A stretch of DNA of 64,000 nucleotides. Origin: Acanthaster planci. Its lineage: Eukaryota. The DNA is taken from NCBI RefSeq assembly GCF_001949145.1, contig NW_019091358.1:2412535-2476534 (forward strand), read 5' to 3'. Each line of letters opens with the position of its first letter. Positions within the stretch are counted from its first letter, which is position 1. Shown one piece after another: positions 13,252-26,549 of this stretch. Below the pieces are notes generated by a model. It saw nothing but the letters and a program-made list of their open reading frames with translations, ran no database searches and was not told the DNA's origin. The position numbers were made by a program, and so were the translations under genes.

Positions 13252-14800
13252 ATGAGCTCAAATAGCATGGGTTACGCTTGCAAAGCTGCCTGTGGAATCC
13301 AATACGTGTTTGTTTTCGCTCTTTGCGTGCTCAACGGTTCCCTTAGCGACGTGTACTTCTTGATAGGCTGGTAATGTTTATGTTTCCAGTAATGTATACG
13401 TGCGATAAAATCATTAATGATTCGTGTAGGACACTCGAGTAGCTCATCTGGTGGCTGTGTTGGGATAAGTACCCATTTTTGGCAAACTAAATGTCACTCA
13501 TACGTCCATGTCAACAGAACCAGTAATATTCGCCTGTACTTTACCACCCTTGGTGGCGTATTTTAACGGTGCGCAACCGTACCGCGGTGGTACAAAATAT
13601 AGTGCATATGGTTTAGCTTTGAAGTGTAGTCAAAGGTGGAAGAAGTCGTTGTTTTCCTTTTGCTGTTTCTAATTCTGATTTCTTATGATTACAGAACCTG
13701 AAGACTTACAATAACATACGGCCTTAACAGGTACCCTGTCTACAATAAGAAGATCGAGATAAATAAACTGGCTGACGCCAATTTCAACACAACTCTAACC
13801 ATTTCCGCACACAACTGAATCCGCTCAAAAATCAACATTTGATTTAGAATTCTGATCTGAACTGATAGAAAGTTGTACATACAACACTATAGAGGACAAC
13901 AAAGCTAGCCAACGATTCTTTTCAAAAGGGTTCTATATTCTAATTCCTACAAAAACAAGCAATTTCAGGGGTATCAAATCTCAAAAAATGGGTAAAATAA
14001 TGTCGACACTATGGACGGACGTATTTCACCTGATTTGATAGTTTACGCTTTTAACAATTACATTTCCCTCAGCAAAGTCTGATGTCTCTTCTGTTCGTTT
14101 CTTTCCTTGGGCGATTATATTGGACTATTGAGGGTATGCCCATCCTGGACACAGATGGGCATACCCTGGACTCATCCTGGACTCTATAATTTGCCTCCTA
14201 AAACGTTCTCCGGAGATTTATTAGAATCAACAGAATTTCCCCTTCCAACCTTGCGAAACGTAGGTTGGAGACCAAACAACTCCTGAAAATACCAAATTGG
14301 CAAGGTTCTTAATACCTCCATCCTCATGTGACGGTTACTTTATTAGTTTTTTTCAGGGAAATCTTTCTCGAAGACTCTTGACGTCAAATACTGAAGTAGA
14401 GGTCCCAGTATTCATGCGGTGGGGTTGTACTGGCGATTCAGCTTTGTCCGATTCACACTATATGCTATACATGCAAGCTATGTGAGCTGTGAGATGAAGT
14501 GACCATCCTCCGTTTTCTGGCCAAGCGTCGATTTGGCCCTCTTCGGTGGCCTGTGGTCACATATTGTGCCCCTCGAGGATGAAAAGAGCATGAAACTTTT
14601 AAACAGATGTCTTGAAAAGACCTAATGGCACTCTTGCGAAGTTGCCTGCGCCATGCCAGCAGTGACTTTCTCTCGATTATTATCTAACGTGCAGAGAATC
14701 GATTTCAGACGTCTAGGTGCCTCGCAACATCTATTCGAGACGGCATATTGAGGACAGCTACCACTTAAACTGCTAATAGCAGAGCTAGGCCCCGAAAAAC
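13252..14800 (+). pseudogene. GAL3ST-like fossil G10 with a surviving ATG and hydrophobic N-terminus
   Basis: gcagccATG MSSNSMGYACKAACGIQYVFVFALCVL; PCQQ, VVQNIVH, FNTT/NHFR, LYIQHYR, GYFISFF..LSRRLL, FWPSVDLALFGGLWSHI. Confidence 0.75.
14131..14167. repeat. Perfect 14-bp stem hairpin (probable MITE remnant)
   Basis: AGGGTATGCCCATC, 9-nt loop, GATGGGCATACCCT. Confidence 0.7.
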
Positions 14801-14899
14801 CTGCGGTATAATCCGTTTTGCTGCTCTTGCTCATTCCTCGCTCTGTATGAAAGTATGCATTATCCCGACCAGACCGACTACAAGTGGGATTTCGCCCCG

Positions 14900-16000
14900 G
14901 GCAATTGCATATAACGTACGCTAAGGCAATCTCCAGCCTCGGAATGGCACGGTGTCAGAGCTAATAGTGCCTTATGTCTGGTGTTAGGCAACAATATGTA
15001 CAGATTATTGCCCCAAAATCATGAGATTCTGAAACAGGGCCTTCAATCGTAGACACTTCAGAGTTACCAGACTTTCGAACAAAGTGAGCCCATACCTGCC
15101 CGCTAAAGGCATGCTCGCCACTTTACCATCTAGTCAATACAAATCCATAATTAGGTTTTGTACAGGTTGCCCCATGAGTATACGTACCAGGTAACTGACA
15201 TGCTGAATGGACTCTGCACTGTAGCAAACCACCAAAGTGCTGCAGTCTTCTGGCTACAACAAGATATCTTATACACTCAAGTACCTCCCATCTATAACAG
15301 GCACAGGCGTGTACGTCTCAGAATTTGGTCTTAAACCTCAGAGGCCATCTATCGCTTATAGAGGGCACATCCTAATTATTCCCATACGGACAAGGGCTGT
15401 CCGAACTGATAACAAGAACGGATGGACGAACAATTTTCCCTTCCTCGGTTAAGGTACCACGTAATGATGTTAATCTCAGCTGTAGTCAAATTATTAAATC
15501 AAGGCAAGGGCGATCGCCAAAATGTGGGTGAACACAATCAAATCACAAACCAATAACAGCCTTTCTAATGAAACCCCAAAGTCTGATCACCAAACCACCT
15601 CCGCTGAAATGTTAATCCCAATAACCATTGGCCTTCTGTGCATGTGGTCTTCATTTTCAAGTCAGGGAGTTACATTTGAATTGATGGTTTGAATCCCCCA
15701 GGCACTTGGGACGGACGCCTCGTGCGGAATGATGTGAACAAACACCGCGCTCGAGCCCGAAGAAAATCCCGCCCATTGCTGTGGATAATTCAGAATCTTT
15801 AGGGGTCAAACACGCATGAGCGAGACCCCGCGCCGTCCTCCGTCCGCAGGGAACGCGTCAAAGGGGTAGGTGGAGAGCGTTAACTTAATAACACACGTCT
15901 TAATGTGACCGCGATTGTTAATGTCAACAGGGAGAAAATTCCACTTGCTCTTACCTGATCGCTTCAAGAATGCGTAGAAACATTACGCTGCGCGTAACCA
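14900..16000 (-). pseudogene. GAL3ST-like fossil G11
   Basis: RSVMFLRI, ILNYPQ, YLVVARRL, LTRW*SGEHAF..AHFVRK. Confidence 0.5.
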
Positions 16001-16649
16001 CCTGTGAAAGCTCAGCGCATTTTCCTTAAAACGCTTGTAAACTGAGCGGGGAACGCGCGGTCTTTGGCTATTTTAGACGGCAATATATGGGTTTCTAGTA
16101 AAGAACAACAAAGTTCCAAACAAAACACACACAAGCCGAGTGAATATGCTGGAAGGCCACAAAGGCAACAATGGTCACTGCCCACCACCCACTGTCACGC
16201 TTATCACACGGGAATCAATTAAAAAATCATCCATTCATTAACTCACCTGGTCTCCGTAGTTTTCGGCCTTCCTGCTTTTTCGTGAAGTTAATGAACGAGT
16301 CAAAGCCCTTTTCTAGCCAACAATCTCGTTGACCGTGTGGTAATCACAGACAACAGCAGTGAAAAATGAAGTGTCCCCAAGCCCAAGCTCGCCGAATCTG
16401 TCTTGCTGGCTCAAAGTGCTGTCGTCCGGTAAGTGCATTGACGCTATGGGTTCTAGTTAGACAGTGCAGTCACGCAGGGTAAACATAGTCCCGTCTGGCG
16501 TAAGCTTAAAATTGGAGAAAAGTGCGACGGTCTTCAAACGGGTTTGAAAAGCGGCTGAGCCTCAATATCCGGTTCAAAAGACCGCCCTATCGTTGCTAAA
16601 TAACTGTCCCTTTATTACTTTTTTCGTTTATGCCTGCAGCACTGTTTCT

Positions 16650-17800
16650 CGAACAGTCACTCCTTGTCAGAAAAGATTTCTGTAATCTTGGCTGTAAAGC
16701 TGTCCGAAGTGTTGTTAATTCTGTCTGTGCTTTCATGCATCAACGCCCAATTCCTGCATCGTTGTTGCAACGAAAAATGAAGCGAAGCGAATCCAAATGG
16801 CATTAGTAATCGCGAAGGTTTTTTTTCTGCCGGTTGTACAAGGGTGTGCGTTGAGCAAAGTAGAACATACAACCAGAGGCAGGTTGGGCAACAGACTACT
16901 CGTGGAGGAAGGAGTAAAGTGGAAGGGGCGGTACCATCACTGTTACCACTATCAAAGCAACTGAGAATTGTCACTCCGAGCGAGCTGCGCTTAAATACAC
17001 CGCGATCGTCCACCAGCGGTCGTACCGTATTGCATCGACGTATAGCTTGCAATCAACCAGTCACTATGAGCCGTCCGCGCAGACGCACCTGCTTGCAAGA
17101 TGCGATGCCGTGGCTGTTCGTGCACTCAGCGATTTTTGGGCCACTACTGTATGCTGGGAACATACAATTAAAGTAACTCAGGGAATAGTGTTACGCGGGC
17201 TCGGGATATTCCGTTTTGGTCATTGCAATCCACATACAATCGGTGCTCTTTTGTACTCTGGTAATGATGTTCCATGAAAGCAGCCTGCTATTCTCTTGTT
17301 AATGTTGAGAGAACAAAGTCCTCGTTTGTCCACACGATCAATCAAAACTGTCTAAGCAAGGCACAGATAGAAACGTGACTGCACTGAGTCTGTGTATAGA
17401 TCTGTTCGTGCAATAACAAAACACTCGCCAACGTAGGCTGTTGCCGACGCTCTGGTTTGATTTATTTATTACTGCTGACTTTTGCTCTGCAACGTTCCTA
17501 ATTGATCTCAAATGTGAGGAGCATCAGTATAAAAATTTTATGTCGAGAACAAAGCAGAAAACTGCCCTTTAAATCAGCGCTCTGTTGTATAATGTACAAC
17601 ACGTCGATATCAAAGGCTTTTTCTAAGTTGAATGAACGAAGAAATTTGAAAGCTACGGAGATACTTAAAATGACGTCAATTTTTTTGCACAGTCCCAATT
17701 TTCAGTACAGTGTAAATTAGTTTTGTTCCCAAAACGACTGACTAGAAGTAGTAGTAACTTCAGGCATGGTCTTAGATACTTCTCATTGGTATACTGGCTT
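16650..17800 (+). pseudogene. GAL3ST-like fossil G12
   Basis: PCQKR..KCC, FFLP, ELRLN..NQPVTM, LRGLGIFRFG (cf. LRNLLFFDLG), LLMLREQ. Confidence 0.65.
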
Positions 17801-17899
17801 TTCACTCCATCTTCGTTCATATGCTGCATATGTGAAAGTAAAATTGAATTCATATTCATATTCATTTATTCATTTTGACATTTTAGGCATGTATTATGC

Positions 17900-18375
17900 G
17901 AATTTTGACAAAGGCAAGTATCCCTAAAAGTGTCCATGACCAGTTTATTTCTGACACAAACGAGCGAATTTTCCCATTGTTAGCAAGCAGCGTATTATTG
18001 ACAAAGTGACCAACAAAGTTACACATGCCGAAAGAACACAACTGATACATAAAACTAAACATGAGAGAACGGAAAAACAAACTCCATTGGTCTTCACAAC
18101 AACCTATAACCCAGCCATCATCCATCAGGATCTACATCGAGCAATAAACAAACACTGGCACCTAATTCAGAGAAATGCAACATTACGGGAAACATTCCCA
18201 ACCCCTTTTTATTACTTTCAGAAGAGCGCAAAATCTCCGGGAGAAACTAATCCGAGCCATATTGCCACAGCAAAGAAGGCCCGAACCACTCCCCAAAGAC
18301 TCGGGTTTCTTCAAAGATCTGAACTACCAGGATGAAACCTTAAACATACTGCTCTCCCTACTAGAGGAATAAAAC
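17900..18375 (+). mobile_element. Penelope-like retroelement fragment (region C-terminal to the reverse transcriptase), frameshifted
   Basis: PLVFTTTYNP..INKHWHLIQRNATLRETFPTP / FITFRRAQNLREKLIRAIL, a typical Penelope-like post-RT motif set. Confidence 0.8.
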
Positions 18376-18499
18376 GTCAGTGATGATCCATGGAATATTA
18401 GTAATAAGATGGCTCGATCACACAAAGTGATTTTCCCAAACCACTGATTATATCCAAACCCAAATAACACCTTCAGCGAGTTAGCCATGGTTCGCACCG

Positions 18500-19700
18500 A
18501 ACCAAGCCCTGTGCAACTGAAGAGTACCAGCACAAAAGCATGCTATTGCTGTCAAAGAGGATTTACAAACAAAATCCTCTGCTTGCAACGGTACAATCCA
18601 TACCACCTAATACCATCTATTACTATTCATCATAATTCATAAGATCCCAATGGGTCGCTCATGCCCACCAAAAATCTACCCGTAAAATTCCTACATCGGC
18701 CACTGAAGGCAGAGACCAATCGAGGCCTAAATATAAGCCAACAAAGTCAACAGAGAAGAAATGTCTCTGAATGGGAGAGTGCAGTCATTTCTCAAAAGAT
18801 TTATATATAAGATACCCGAAGATGAAATTAAAATGTCAAGACAAAAAGGGGTAAGTGCATGTGTGTTTAACAAAGGCAAGGGGCTTCGCGACTGTGGTAA
18901 AATTGATATTGCTCTCAAGTCCTGTTCGTGATGTGCCTGAGATGTGTAACAGGGGTCATGCGTGGTTTGCGTTTGGCAATTCAACAAGCATTGCACCTCA
19001 CGAATCTGATGTTAATGATTCGTCTAATGCCACCCTGATACATTCGGCATTTTCAGGACAGCGTTGGGACTGGAATTTGATCTAAAAGCCATTTCTGGCT
19101 TATACAGGTTTAATATTACCATGTTTCCCGAGTCAATGGCATACCTTTTACAGTTTACGTGTGAACTAGCAGACTCTTACTGGAAGACTGCATTGAAAAT
19201 GCAGAATGTAGAACTAAATCCTTCAACACCATGAGGCTCTCCGCAATCAATTCACTTCTCGTCATTCTATCTCAGGGACACAGCCTTGCATTACACTGAA
19301 GCACAAAATAACCCATTTTTAGTGAACTGGTGGCATTTGGTAGGGAATGTGATATCTATACGAGAAATAAGTTGACTCAACACGGTTGTGTTGAGTTCTA
19401 CCCCTGCCAGTGCAGATATTTTGACTGAAAGGGGGACCTCTTAATCCCAAAAGCTGTTTAAAAAGTTACTCCTTCCTGTACCTTTTCTGCACTCATCATC
19501 TTGTGATGTGTATCGTACCTGACGGAGTAGCTGTTCTTACAAAAGCTCACGTTGTTTTCTAATTTTAGTTAGTCCTGATTGTTGTTTCTGTAATGACCTA
19601 TGTATCTGGCAAGACCACCATGGTTGTGCATGTACCTTTAATCATCTTTTTTGAGAAATTCTCGCCTTAACACTTTGTAGAGTCAGACGTTGAAACCTTC
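18500..19700 (+). pseudogene. GAL3ST-like fossil G13
   Basis: PCATEE..MLLLSKRIYKQ..TVQSI, KIYI*DTR, LAYTGL, IENAECR..INSLLVIL. Confidence 0.45.
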
Positions 19701-19999
19701 ATTGTGCCACCTTTTATTTGAGCTGGTGTATCAGTGACTGGTTTTTAACTTGTATGTTTAGTTTCCATTCTTTTTCTCACTATACTCAAATAAAGGACAG
19801 AAATCAACAACAGTCAGCATTATTCCAACTGAAACAACGCGTGTTTATTGTACAAAACAGCCTCATATTATTACCGCATTAACCTGCAGTTTAATACCTT
19901 AGATAAGGTTCGGTACATCAGTTTGTGATTTGTGACTTGTCTTTTGAAACGAAACTTTGCTCTGTGTTTTGAAATTACAAGCGTCGTGTGAAATTAGAC

Positions 20000-21560
20000 T
20001 TCTATGAGACCTGGCCCCTTTGCCTTAAATAAGGACTCTAACCCTTGCATGTCATTGATCTCTTTTCTAATTTGTGCCTAGTGCAATACCAATGATTCCA
20101 TATTTTATCGAATTCTAAATCTCACTCTACACCGCTCATCGATGTATTCAGACCCAAGTTGTTTGTACTTTGTTCCCAAAGCCCGAAAATCCCTTTCTAG
20201 CTCAGTATAGTTGTTTAGTCAAAGAGTAACGATTGTTCCGCGATATAAACAATTTCCCAGCAAGAGGGCCTGGTACTCTGATTCTGTCTCATGCCATTCC
20301 AATATTTAAAGAGAAACATCTGTGCTAGGACTAAAACACCAGGTACTCTTATTACTTTTCAATTTATTCATCACACGATACTTAGGAGTCGGCTGATCGC
20401 TATTCCCACTGATACTAACCTGAGCTGTAGCCTTTTATCACCGAAAAGCCATGTAAGACCTTTTTCCTCCGGGCTTTCAAACGATTTAAGAGTTTTTCGA
20501 CCTCGAAAATGTATTCATACTCATCCTGCCTTCGTGAAGATATACCTTTAATTAAGCAGTCATGGTGCATTGGTGTTGATATGGCGTACCTTAAACTCCG
20601 AGCTTTCGAGTTAAATTGGTTAAACCCAGGTGACAGAAAACATTTTGGCACACTTAAAGAGCACCTTTAAGGGAAACATGTTTTCTCTGGTTTTATCTGT
20701 TCAAATAAATATGGAAGAATCCAAATCGAACTCAGTGTCATTTGTCTTCGAGCTCAACTATAACAAGCTAAAAAGTTTTTTCTGTTCATGCCCAGATGCG
20801 AATTCTGAATGTAGATTGCGTCATTCGGAGAAAACAGGGAAAACAAGGGGAACTCTCGCCCTCTGTTCGTAGTGGATAAACCCTTGTGCATGCCAAACTA
20901 TGGATACATGGTTCCCCTCGTTTGCTCTGTTTTCAGAATTCAGAATTTGGATCTTGGTATGGACCGGGAAAAACCCTTTTAGCTTGTTGTAGTTGAGGTC
21001 TGAAGAAAAATGACACTGTGTTCGATTTGGATGCCTCCATATATATTTGAAAAGATAAAAAACAGAGAGAATATCTTTTCCTTAGAGGTGTTCTTTAATG
21101 CATCTGAAAAGTTCGGCGAAAATTGTTGTAGGGGTTGTGTCACGATTTATATATCACTACTTTTTGTCAAGGCGAGTCTATTAACCGCTATTTCAAATAC
21201 TTTCAAACGCAGTCCTAGATGAATCTTTCCTTCATAGGTACCTTATTAAATAATGATAAATCAATAAAAACGATATAATGTATATTTATAAATCGCCCAT
21301 GTCTACCAGCACCCTACACTTTAAGATGCTTTATTATCGTCATTGTTTATCGGGTTCATGTGGCTTTTTTATTTTAAAAGTGTCAGAGCTCCATATGGAG
21401 TATACAAGTATAGAAGTCAGCCATTTTTGACTCAGACTGCTGCTAAAAAAAAACGGTTCTGCCCTTACAAGTACCCACTCATGCTTAAGAGAGGCAATAG
21501 ATCCAAAGTGACCCGCCCGAGGCCACAGCGTGAACCAGCTATACTGAATTCCAACCAGTT
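20000..21560 (-). pseudogene. GAL3ST-like fossil G14, split by the Kolobok-type MITE
   Basis: VHAVASGG, RHGRF, RTAFESI*N, then after the MITE EYEYIFEVEKLL (cf. EHILEVERRF). Confidence 0.65.
20658..21094. mobile_element. Long-palindromic TTAA MITE (Kolobok-type, AG...CT ends)
   Basis: TTAA|AGAGCACCT...AGGTGTTCT|TTAA with imperfect inverted arms of about 150-200 bp. Confidence 0.85.
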
Positions 21561-21649
21561 TGGTTGGATGTTAATCGAACCCTAACTATTATCGGTCATA
21601 AATATTTAATTTTGTCTAAAACAGAATGGAGTTTAACACACTTTCTTCA

Positions 21650-22900
21650 GACAGTCATTAAAAAAACCTGGATTTTACGTGGGGGATCAGGTTTTACAGG
21701 TAGGTGAACTAAAGTGTGAGATTTTACCTGGTTTCTGTACGGCAGCTTCAACTTCCCATTTTAAAGTTACCAGCCAGATTTGAAACGTTAATGATGAATC
21801 GTTGGCCCGCGGTGTTGTTTAAAAACAGGTTTCATGTCAGATTGCATTGTGATTGAGTTCATTTTCTAAAATGGGTGTAAAGTTGGCCTGGTTGTATAAG
21901 TGTTTGTTTTCATTTTCCCTTAAACCGATTGCATGTAACAATGTATGGAGGGACGGAAGGCTATAGAAACATTTTTCTGCTTCGCTTGAACATGCTTTAG
22001 ACTTCCTACCCCCGATGGGACTCAAATTGATGCTTTCAAATTGACATAGATGCTATCTGTCTTTTGGTGTACTCGAGGGTCGCAGTCAGGCGCCACTAGA
22101 ATAATCCTGGCTACTACACAATGTTACTGTTCAGGTGGATGATGTTTAGTCTTCATTACTGAATTCCATTATTATGATAAGTACGTTTTCGACTGTCCCA
22201 AGAAAGCTTTGAATTTGAACCCTGCCGCAGGTCAGAAATGGCAACCAGTTAGCTCTATGATTTCTCGCTAAGCCGTACCACGTGTGGGAAACCAAAAAAC
22301 CATAATTATCGCGGTTCTCCATACAAATTAGTTCTGCGATGATGCCCAAAGGTAAAGACAGCTGGCAAGAACTTATTCTATCACGACGTCAGACCACAAT
22401 CTGCATGCAAGCTAGTATGGAAATTGCAAAGAGCTCGAAATAATGTATACAACAGGGTTACATTACACGCAATTTCGGGTAAGAATATTCACACCTGTGC
22501 CATACGGATGCAAATCTTTTTACGTTTGAAAGCAAATACTACTACATTGTAAACGGAGTTGGTTAGACGGGAGAGCTTGGTTTGACCGGGCTGTGGAAAG
22601 AATTTTTTTTCGAAAGAGCATTTGGGAATTAATCTCATCGAACATCACATTCTCACAATTTTTCCCGAATAAAAATCTAGAAAAAGAGCTCAGACTTCTT
22701 TTAGTACTCACTAGTAAACTGTGATCATTAAAAGAAACACAATTGTTAACACCTTTATCAGAATATGAACGTACAATGTAAACAATGATAGAAGAAAAGG
22801 AATCTTAATATGCACGATCGTGACAAAATGAAAGCAATAAAAAACCCACTTCCTGAGTGTGTTATTCCGACGAATATGCACTATTTATGTCATAAAGACA
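21650..22900 (-). pseudogene. GAL3ST-like fossil G15
   Basis: CIFVGITHSGSG..ILSR, NQLRL, YGLARNH, IQSFLGTVENVLIIIM, HLYNQANFT. Confidence 0.7.
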
Positions 22901-22999
22901 AAGAATTACTTGGGTCAGACTTTTCTATAATGTCAAATGCCCAGATTCAAAACTCATACCCTGAGACCGAGACGTGAGCTCGGCATGAAAATGTAACAC

Positions 23000-24100
23000 G
23001 CGCTTCAGCAAGTAATCATTGAATGCAACTTCGACAATAGGCGTGGTTATCTAATCCTTCCGGCGTTGGAGTGTGACAGTAAATACTGTTATATCCCAGG
23101 GGTGGTATTGCTTACAAAATAAGTGCAAACGTGAGTTTGTATGTGGCACTTTTAACTGTCACACTCGAACCCGCGTCCTAGGTAACGGTAAGCTTTTATT
23201 TTAACTGATGAGTCAGAGGGTTGACATACACATACCTAAACAGGTTAAAATTCTGTTTGGGTTTTGTCTTCTGCTCCTCCGTTAACATAGAAGTCCTCAT
23301 TCATGCCGGTATCAGATTTTCCCCTGTGCACCTGCTCTGACTACCCACTGTTTTGAATAAACGAGGTTGTACAACAAAATGCGTCAATACGAAGCAGGCC
23401 GGTAATACATTACGATAGGAACCGCGGCGTTGATGGTCGATTAGGCTTGCGTGGGGGAATATCTAGGCATATAGGGAAACAAATAGTGTGCAGGATGCCC
23501 ATGGCTCAAATCCTTTGTTGTAATTATTTTTCTTTGTTCTCGGTTTCTTTTCTTGTTGGAAAAGGTCAGTTTCGAAAACTAATTTAATTTCCTGACCAAT
23601 GTATTCAGCCTTGCTGTTTGTTTCATTCAGCGAAAACGCTCACTTCAAAGCGTTATTGACTTTTCAAATGTTGGTACTTTGCCAGCTTAATAACATCGGT
23701 TATGGTCAGATTTGGGTGTGGTGTGATACTCAATAACTAAATAACACACCGATAGTACATCGTTTTGAGTAATGCCACTTTAACAGCCGTGACCTCAGCT
23801 AAAATATTCAGAACTTCATCACTCCGGAGGCGACATTGGTTTGTAGGATGGGCGACTAAATAACCACATACGAACCTCCTAACTGTTCATGTTCGTGTTC
23901 TCTTTTTCACGGACGAAATGTCATTCTTTATCGCTTAGCCATGTGGCCTCGTAGGCATCTTAGCATGCCTTGTCGGGGATAGCATCTCCAACAAGGATGC
24001 AACAAGACAGGAACTCTGCGTGTCCGTTTTAAAACTGATTCAGGGAAACACAGGTACCCATAATCAGCTTTGCATGGATCGGGCGGAGCCCAAGGTCGAG
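23000..24100 (-). pseudogene. GAL3ST-like fossil G16
   Basis: PCKADYGYLCF, LNILAE, QHLKSQ*RF, INAAVPIVM. Confidence 0.45.
23063..23172. mobile_element. Small MITE/inverted-repeat element
   Basis: GCGTTGGAGTGTGACAGTAAA...TTAACTGTCACACTCGAACCC inverted repeat. Confidence 0.55.
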
Positions 24101-24289
24101 ACAGAATGTCAAGGGTCCGGAGCGCCGTCCATGCTGGCATATGTCCCATTGGCACACAGATGGAGAAGGTAGCCGAGAGAGAACTAAGTGGAAACTGCCG
24201 TCTGAGAGCAACTGTTCCATTAGTTGAGAGCACTGCGTAAATGGAGTCTCTCAAAGGAGAAGCTAGCCATTTATTATGAGAAAATAGAA

Positions 24290-25530
24290 AAAGATGAGTG
24301 TAATTGTAAAGATATATTGAAGAACCATTTCCCCAATTCTCCGTGGAAACATGCTTTATTGGATTTTCTTCATTGGTATCTAAGAAATCAACTTCACATC
24401 CCTTTTTGGAAAAACATAGAAAATTTTACCTTTTTTAAGATTATAAAATTCCCTAGTTCTCCTGGTAGATAAGTGTGGTACCGATGAGATGTCATTACTG
24501 AAGGCCACTGCTCATCCTTTTACTATTGGCCTACGTAATCTGAAACAACAAACCCCCAAAGTAGACACAATTTTCAACAGCAATGTTTCACACTCTGACA
24601 AAACTCTTTGTTGTAGAAACATCTATCACCCAAATGTGCATAAGTGTAAAAATATAAGGGCATTAAAATGCCCTTAAAACTTGCAAACAAAAATTATAAA
24701 CAATAAGGTATGATTTGGCACAAAGGTGCATTTTTAAGTATAACATTTGCACAACCCATGAGCCTTTTAAGCGCATATTCATGTTGTAGAGATATGTAAA
24801 TCTTACGTGTGCACCACAACGTTTAGAGTAACGAAACAAGATTTCCACAGAAGAAGATAATATGTTGAGTTCCTTATTAGATACTTAACTGCCTGAAAAG
24901 AATTTGTTCAACTTTGAGCCTTCAAAATAAGGTTTGGCTCACGAGAACCGCGAAAAAAATTAATAAACTTTATGGTCTCTTCAACAAAGTGACCAGTGTT
25001 ACACAAAAGCCAGTGAGGTATAGTTGTATAAAAACTAATTACCGACAACTCAAATGTCTTCTTGGCCATCCCGTGGGGGCATCTGTGTTATAGAATTCAC
25101 ATCTTTCAGATGATGCTTTCCGATCAATTTTTTCAATACTCGAGCTGCCATGCATCGCAGTCATGTCAAGCTTCTCGAATGTTCCCAGCTTTGCAGCAAA
25201 ACGGTCCGAATGAAGGGGGGAAAGAACATGACAAAAGTTTTAAAATTACCTAATTGCAGTTCTCGACAAAACAGAAGCAGCATAATGAGGCTACTGCCTT
25301 CCAAAAACAAAATCAGCCTGTTTCAGAATGGTTGGGTACGTGAATTAAAACGGATGCGGTGTACGGAGCTATGGGGAGAATCCACCTCTAATGCTCTTCA
25401 AAGAGCATTACTCTACATTTGAAATCCAGTCTGGATTGTAAGTACCGATTGAATGGAATCCATATCGAAGAAAAATGCTTGACAATCCTCAACTGAGATT
25501 CACCAGGAAATACTCACTGTATTCTAGAAA
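24290..25530 (+). pseudogene. GAL3ST-like fossil G17
   Basis: ECNCKDILKNH..LLDFLHWYLRNQLHIPF, FNSNVSH, LITDNSNVFLAIPWGHLCY, KCLTIL/STEI. Confidence 0.6.
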
Positions 25531-25999
25531 CTTGTCGGAACAATATCTGTCTCTCCAGTGTGAATTTGTCATAGTTTAACGGTAAGAACATTACTTTTAA
25601 GCCGAGCAAATTTGATTTGTGCGATCTTAAAAACGGGTCCAAATCTTCGCATTTTTTTAAATTGCCGTCAGTTTTGTGCATCTAGGAGGTGTTTATGCTC
25701 GTAAAAGCCAAAGTGGCACGTGTTTTACATTCACAAACTACCAACATATACACATTTTTCATATCCAATTGAAGCTTACCTCTTTTTTTTTACATGTTTA
25801 AGTTACACTGTTTAAGTACGTTGCAGGATCACTAAAAAACATTCCAGGTTACACGATTATCGGATTTAAAGTATGCCACTTGGGACCAACCTCTGTACTC
25901 ATTCTACATATTCTCCGAGACCCGACCAATTTAATTTGTCTACTTTATACAACGCACTGATTTGTTATTGTACAGCCTATTGATTGCTGCATCCGCTGT

Positions 26000-26500
26000 T
26001 TCTTCACTTGTACCTTTATTTACTGTAGGTTAGCGTCCACTTTCCCTTGTTTGTCCCAAATACTTCGTAAGGTAATAACAACAAGTCCCGACCTCATTCG
26101 CCTCCTATTAATGGATCTCAGCGTAAGCACTCCGAGTTGGTGCTGGATTTCTGAATACGGCATTTGAATCGTGACTTATTGCTAATTGCAAACGAACCTT
26201 TAATGTTATCTACTTACGTGTCTAACTAATCAAAAAATCCCTCAAATGGCAAATAATATGATCAAAGCAAGATTAATTAAAAATGCTTTGCTTTTCCTCT
26301 TGCAAGGCATGAAACTGAAGCATACATCAAACAATATTCTTTCACGTGAACCTGTTGAAAATTGTTTGACTTATTTGTTTTGTAACTTGAGGGAGAGATT
26401 GAACAATGAAAGGAGAGATAAACCAGGGACTTACGCTATAAAATGAAGCGTGTGTTACAAACGTTACTTTAGTTATTTAAACTGTGTATTTAGTGTTTTA
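26000..26500 (+). pseudogene. GAL3ST-like fossil G18 (partial)
   Basis: ANNMIKARL..NNILSREPVENCLTY..KPGTY. Confidence 0.5.
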
Positions 26501-26549
26501 ATTTAAGTGAAATAAAACACAAATCTTAGAAGGGAATCAATTGCTGATA

